In this document: positions 60,046 to 64,000 of the stretch, one piece after another
Layout: every line of letters starts with the position of its first letter
Position numbering within the stretch: position 1 is the stretch's first letter
Assembly (NCBI GenBank): GCA_905178155.1
Contig: CAJINV010000005.1
Location: 7,045,831 to 7,109,830 of the forward strand
DNA from: Amoebophrya sp. A120
Taxonomy: Eukaryota; Protista; Dinoflagellata
Length of the DNA: 64,000 bases
Reading direction: 5' to 3'
Position numbers and translations under genes: made by a program
Notes under the pieces: model-generated
What the model was told of the DNA's origin: nothing
The model's database searches: none
The model's input: only the letters and a program-made list of their open reading frames with translations

Positions 60046-61066
60046 ATGCCGTCCTCGTCCTCCTCTCCCGTTCTTGGCAGTCCAGTGATCGTCACTGCTG
60101 TCCACCACCGAGATAACCAGTACTACAAAGAACACCTCGCAGCGGGTGGCGCCACACATGAAAATCTTGAAGCGGACGAGGAGAATCAGTTGCTCCTTGT
60201 TTATCCAGATGAGCGACATCAAAACACGGCAAACACCACTCAGCAACTACACCACCAGGACCAGCCACAGTACGTGTACTACACTTACGAACAAGGCCAG
60301 CAGCCCGTCGCCCAACACCAGGTCAATGTGGTTGTTGAAAACGAGGAAGTAGAACAGCCGGAAAAGCACTGCCTCTGCACCTGCTGGTGGGGCAGCGTTC
60401 TGTTCTGGATCTTGATCGCAATTTTGGCGATTGGTTTAGTGTTGTTTTTGTGTTTATGCATTGCAAAAGCATCATACGTAGTATAAATTGCATTACAAAT
60501 TTTCTCAAATAGGAAAAATTCAATTTGTAATGCTGACGTAGCTAAGAATCCAGATTTGTCATGCATAGTTGCAATTACTACAAGTTTGCGATGCTTTTGC
60601 ACATGATACTTCTACGTGATTTGCGCGGCGATCGCAGTTTTCTGCTTCGAAGCCACGTGGATTAGCTGGTTCGGGGTGCCCATTGTACGCATTGCAAATA
60701 TAATGCTTGGGTCTGGATGAACAAGGTTGGAACTTGTGATGCGGATTATGGAAAAGGCAAAAATTTGTATTGCATGAGCGCCAAAGATGAAAGGCTGCTC
60801 ACTTGATGATGATGTTTTTGCTACGCAATAAATAGGGAACTTCTGATGCAGGGTAGACATCTTCAGAAGGCCTCCTGCGCAAAACCTGTATTTTTATGCT
60901 TTTGCGTGCATAATTACAGACTATCCAAAAGATGCATGGCAAACAAGGGCAGAACTCTTCCAGACCCAGACATTATATTTGCACTTTATACATCAGGGCC
61001 GCAGCCGATATTATTCACAATAAGGATGGTCCTGGCGGGGCAACGGGCGGCGGGGCGATGAACTGA
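60046..61066 (+). CDS. Small membrane protein: Q/H/Y-rich N-terminus, Cys-rich segment, hydrophobic helices
   Basis: ORF 60046 continues in frame across two introners (..FLC|YVICAAIAVFCF..PI|RAAAD..MN*). Confidence 0.65.
60455..60608. mobile_element. Introner, family C
   Basis: TSD decayed (gtgtt/cttct); removing element plus 5 nt restores frame. Confidence 0.82.
60686..60990. mobile_element. Introner, family A (diverged, starts TAC)
   Basis: TSD cattg/catca. Confidence 0.8.
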
Positions 61067-62392
61067 AGGTTTTTCTTTTCTTCTACTAGAGGCAGAGGGT
61101 TTTTTTTTAAAAGCCCTTCTCTGGAAGAAAAAATAACAAGTGTGGCCGTCGGAAAACGAATAAATGTTGGAGACGATAATTATTCAATGAATGGATACAA
61201 AAATCAGCTAGAAAGATGATGATCATGGAGTTGCGCTGCTTCGATTTCAACTAGTTGTAACTTCGTGCACTACACGGACTTGTTGCACAGTGGAATCAAG
61301 CCTGGCAGTACTCAATAAACCTAAATCGGACAACTTTCAAACCGCACTCGTACTCGTTGCGGTCCAAATACAAAAAATGAAAACGCCTGGCTGCCGCTCC
61401 TGCTATATGAAAATATTAATATTACAAATTCAAATCTACAAACAAAATCGAGAACAGTATTCCTCTCGATGTTTGTTGACGAGGCACCAGAAAGGAAAAA
61501 AAGAGCAATAAAAACTTTTTTGCGCGAGTCTTCGAGACTCCAGCAACTACCCCGACCACTGTGCACTAGGGAAAAGTCGCCCATAATTGGTTTGCTCATC
61601 GTCTCGCCTTGCCCCTTCGGTGATATGGAAGAGGCCTCTGTAATTTATTTTAGCTCGTCTCTCCAAGTATTTCGTGACTTTCGACGTCACATCGATCTGC
61701 ATCTTCGGTTCTTGGCTCTGCTTCAAAGATAAGCACTTAATTGTAATTCGGTCCTTCTCTCAGTGGTCTCGTCCCTTGACTACAGTTGAGAATACCACTT
61801 GTTGAGTCGTTTTTCTTGTCGGTTGTGCGAAGAACGCTTTCGCTTTAGGAATTTATGTATGCTGTCGGTGAGCGTAAGCGTACTAGTGACCTCTTCCATG
61901 CAGGTGAGTACTATCGGTACAGTAATACTCGTGCTCGACAGACCGCAATCGTCCGAACAACTTCTGCGTCAACAGTAAAAAAGTCGGTGACATCAATCCT
62001 GATTCTCGGTGTCGTCCAAACACATGTTGACATTTGCTGACTCTTGTGCACATCACTCGTTACATGTTAAAAAAAAAATATCGGTTTATAATTTTCAGAA
62101 GGATCTTTCTTCTATAACTTTCACAGGTAACTTGACGACCCATAGTTGCCTCTCTACTAACTTCGTGTGGGTGACTGAACGTATCCAACGTGGACTTTTA
62201 AGAACCCGCTGCATCGAAAAGATTAAGATTTACATTTCATTGCTTTCAATTTCATCCCATATCGTACTTCTACTTACAACCAAACCCGAAAAGCAAAAGG
62301 AAAAAAGTCGCAGCGCGGCCCTGACGCAAAACTAGCAACACAACTCGTAGAAGCAGACTTTATTTGCTTGTTTTCATCATTACACCGTCACC

Positions 62393-63229
62393 ATGATGCG
62401 CAGCTGCAAGAAAATGTTGTACCTCAGCGCAAGTGCGGCTCTCCTTTCCGACCAGGCCTTCGCACTGGACACCAGGGATATCCGCCGAAAAAAAAAAACT
62501 AGGTCACAACATCGCTATTCTATTCTGCATGGCAAAATTTTACAAATTACTGTGCATTTCCTGCTTCCTGGGGATAAAATAAAGAATTGTGGTGCGGCTT
62601 CTTGCATGCACATACGTACATCAGTGTACTAGGAGGTATACTACTTGAAAAGAACAGATGAAGAACTAAAAGGAGAAGTGTGGAAAGTGTAGCTATGACT
62701 TCCCCTAGACTTTTTTTCCGCTGGATCCACTTTCTGCAAGGACGACAACGGATGAAGAAGTGTGACGACTGCGGCGTATCCCGTGCAAATGTTAGTGGAT
62801 CGCATATATTTAGTACAGCAGGGGTGGTATATACTAGCGTAACAGATCTACTTTTTTACTACCCTACCTAGTTTCATCTCTGCGGCCGAGAAAGGACAAC
62901 ATTTTTGCGAAACAATTTGTCATGCGAACATCCAGCCTACTCGTGCGATACCTGCTCTTTGCAATGCATAGTACGGCGGCAGCAAGGGAGGAGGAAAAAG
63001 CACGGACAAAGAGACCCAGCTTTTGGAAAACCATTTCGCTCTGACACAACAGGCGGCTGCGGCGCAAGGAGATGAAGAAAAAGCGAAGCTTCAGAAGCAA
63101 GTCGATGCGAACTGGGAGAAGCTGAAGAAGGAATTGGGCGATGATTATGAGCAAAAAGTCAAAGCATTCCTCAACAACAAGAAGAAACAGGCGGGGAACA
63201 CTGCACAGTCAAGTTTCGTGTCGGTATAA
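62393..63229 (+). CDS. Small, probably secreted protein
   Basis: Signal-peptide-like MMRSCKKMLYLSASAALLSDQAFA. Removing two decayed introners plus 5 nt each joins it in frame to ORF 63023-63229. Confidence 0.55.
62479..62727. mobile_element. Heavily decayed introner
   Basis: tatccgccgaaaaaaaaaaactagg versus cctagactttttttccgctggatc; no TSD left; removing element plus 5 nt stays in frame. Confidence 0.55.
62777..62970. mobile_element. Introner, family C (decayed)
   Basis: Ends cgatacctgctctttgcaatgcata; TSD cggcg/gtacg; frame restored. Confidence 0.72.
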
Positions 63230-64000
63230 CAACAAAAACCACACGAAAAACTCGCACACGCAAGACTTATTTTTGTTTCTTCTTCCGTGTAGTTGGTGTT
63301 GGTTTGACTTTGAGCTAGAGCTCTCAACTTTTCATCTTCGGAGTACCCGCTAATTTTTCCCATGTAGTCCTCTTTCCTCAGTAAAAGAAAAAGTGTTTTT
63401 CCGTGTTGTTGTGCGTTTTTTTTATATTTCTAGCACGACTTAATAAAGATTTTTTTTTGATTTTTGACAAGATTTATAACGACCTCGTCCAATGAAGATT
63501 TAATTAAAAGAATACTTTGCTTGATGACATCACATTCCCGACCCTGATCATGGCACGCAGTCCCCCCTTGTGCCTTTTATTCTCTGCAACGAAGTGACGG
63601 TCTGCATCCCTGAGGCCGAACATTCTCTATCGTGGTCTTTGTACCAGTAAAAGGTCGCGCGTAAAATAAATTTCTCGTTTTTTTCCATTGAAGATCAAGT
63701 ATGAGCGTCGAGCAGCTAGCTTTAAGTAGTAGAGCGGCCAGTCGATTCATCTGACCACCCTTGTTCCATCGCAGCGTAAAGTTCTTGTCGAGCGCAACTC
63801 ATGTTCCTCATTTCATCCGGTAAAAGTAGTTCATCTTCAGAAGCAGGAGTAGAACATCAATAGGGTGGACTCTACTTCTTCACAAAGAGAACAAGTGGGA
63901 CTTGGTCTTGGACTCCTTTGGGTCCTGGAGTGATGCGCAAGACGCCATCGATCAAAAGATTATACTTAATTTTCGAAAGAGCACCCCCTTGCTGGTGTTG

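Overview
Eukaryotic nuclear DNA. The architecture resembles the parasitic dinoflagellate Amoebophrya (Syndiniales); this is an inference. There are 11 protein-coding genes, all on the + strand: an SGNH-like protein, PWP1, a CAMK/CDPK-like pseudokinase, radial spoke head RSP4/6, an AKAP28-like/EF-hand protein, a helical-repeat/RAP-like protein, DeoD-type purine nucleoside phosphorylase, a very large cytosolic carboxypeptidase, an AIF/ferredoxin-reductase-like flavoprotein, and two small membrane or secreted proteins. The dominant signal is 69 short (109-459 bp) non-autonomous elements in about 14 families, plus one 740-bp GC-rich candidate and one truncated copy. They have TAT...ATA terminal inverted repeats (TIRs) and a 5-bp target-site duplication (TSD; perfect in 45 of 69 by my hand count). 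They sit inside coding exons in both orientations, and removing the element plus 5 nt restores the reading frame, so they behave as non-GT-AG introner introns. Two conserved carboxypeptidase residues fix the junction between TSD bases 4 and 5, giving intron = N-TAT...ATA-NNNN. A TTTGTNATGC/GCATNACAAA motif recurs across the families and also appears in neighbouring GT-AG introns. No transposase, RNA gene or CRISPR array was recognised. All alignments and counts were done by eye.
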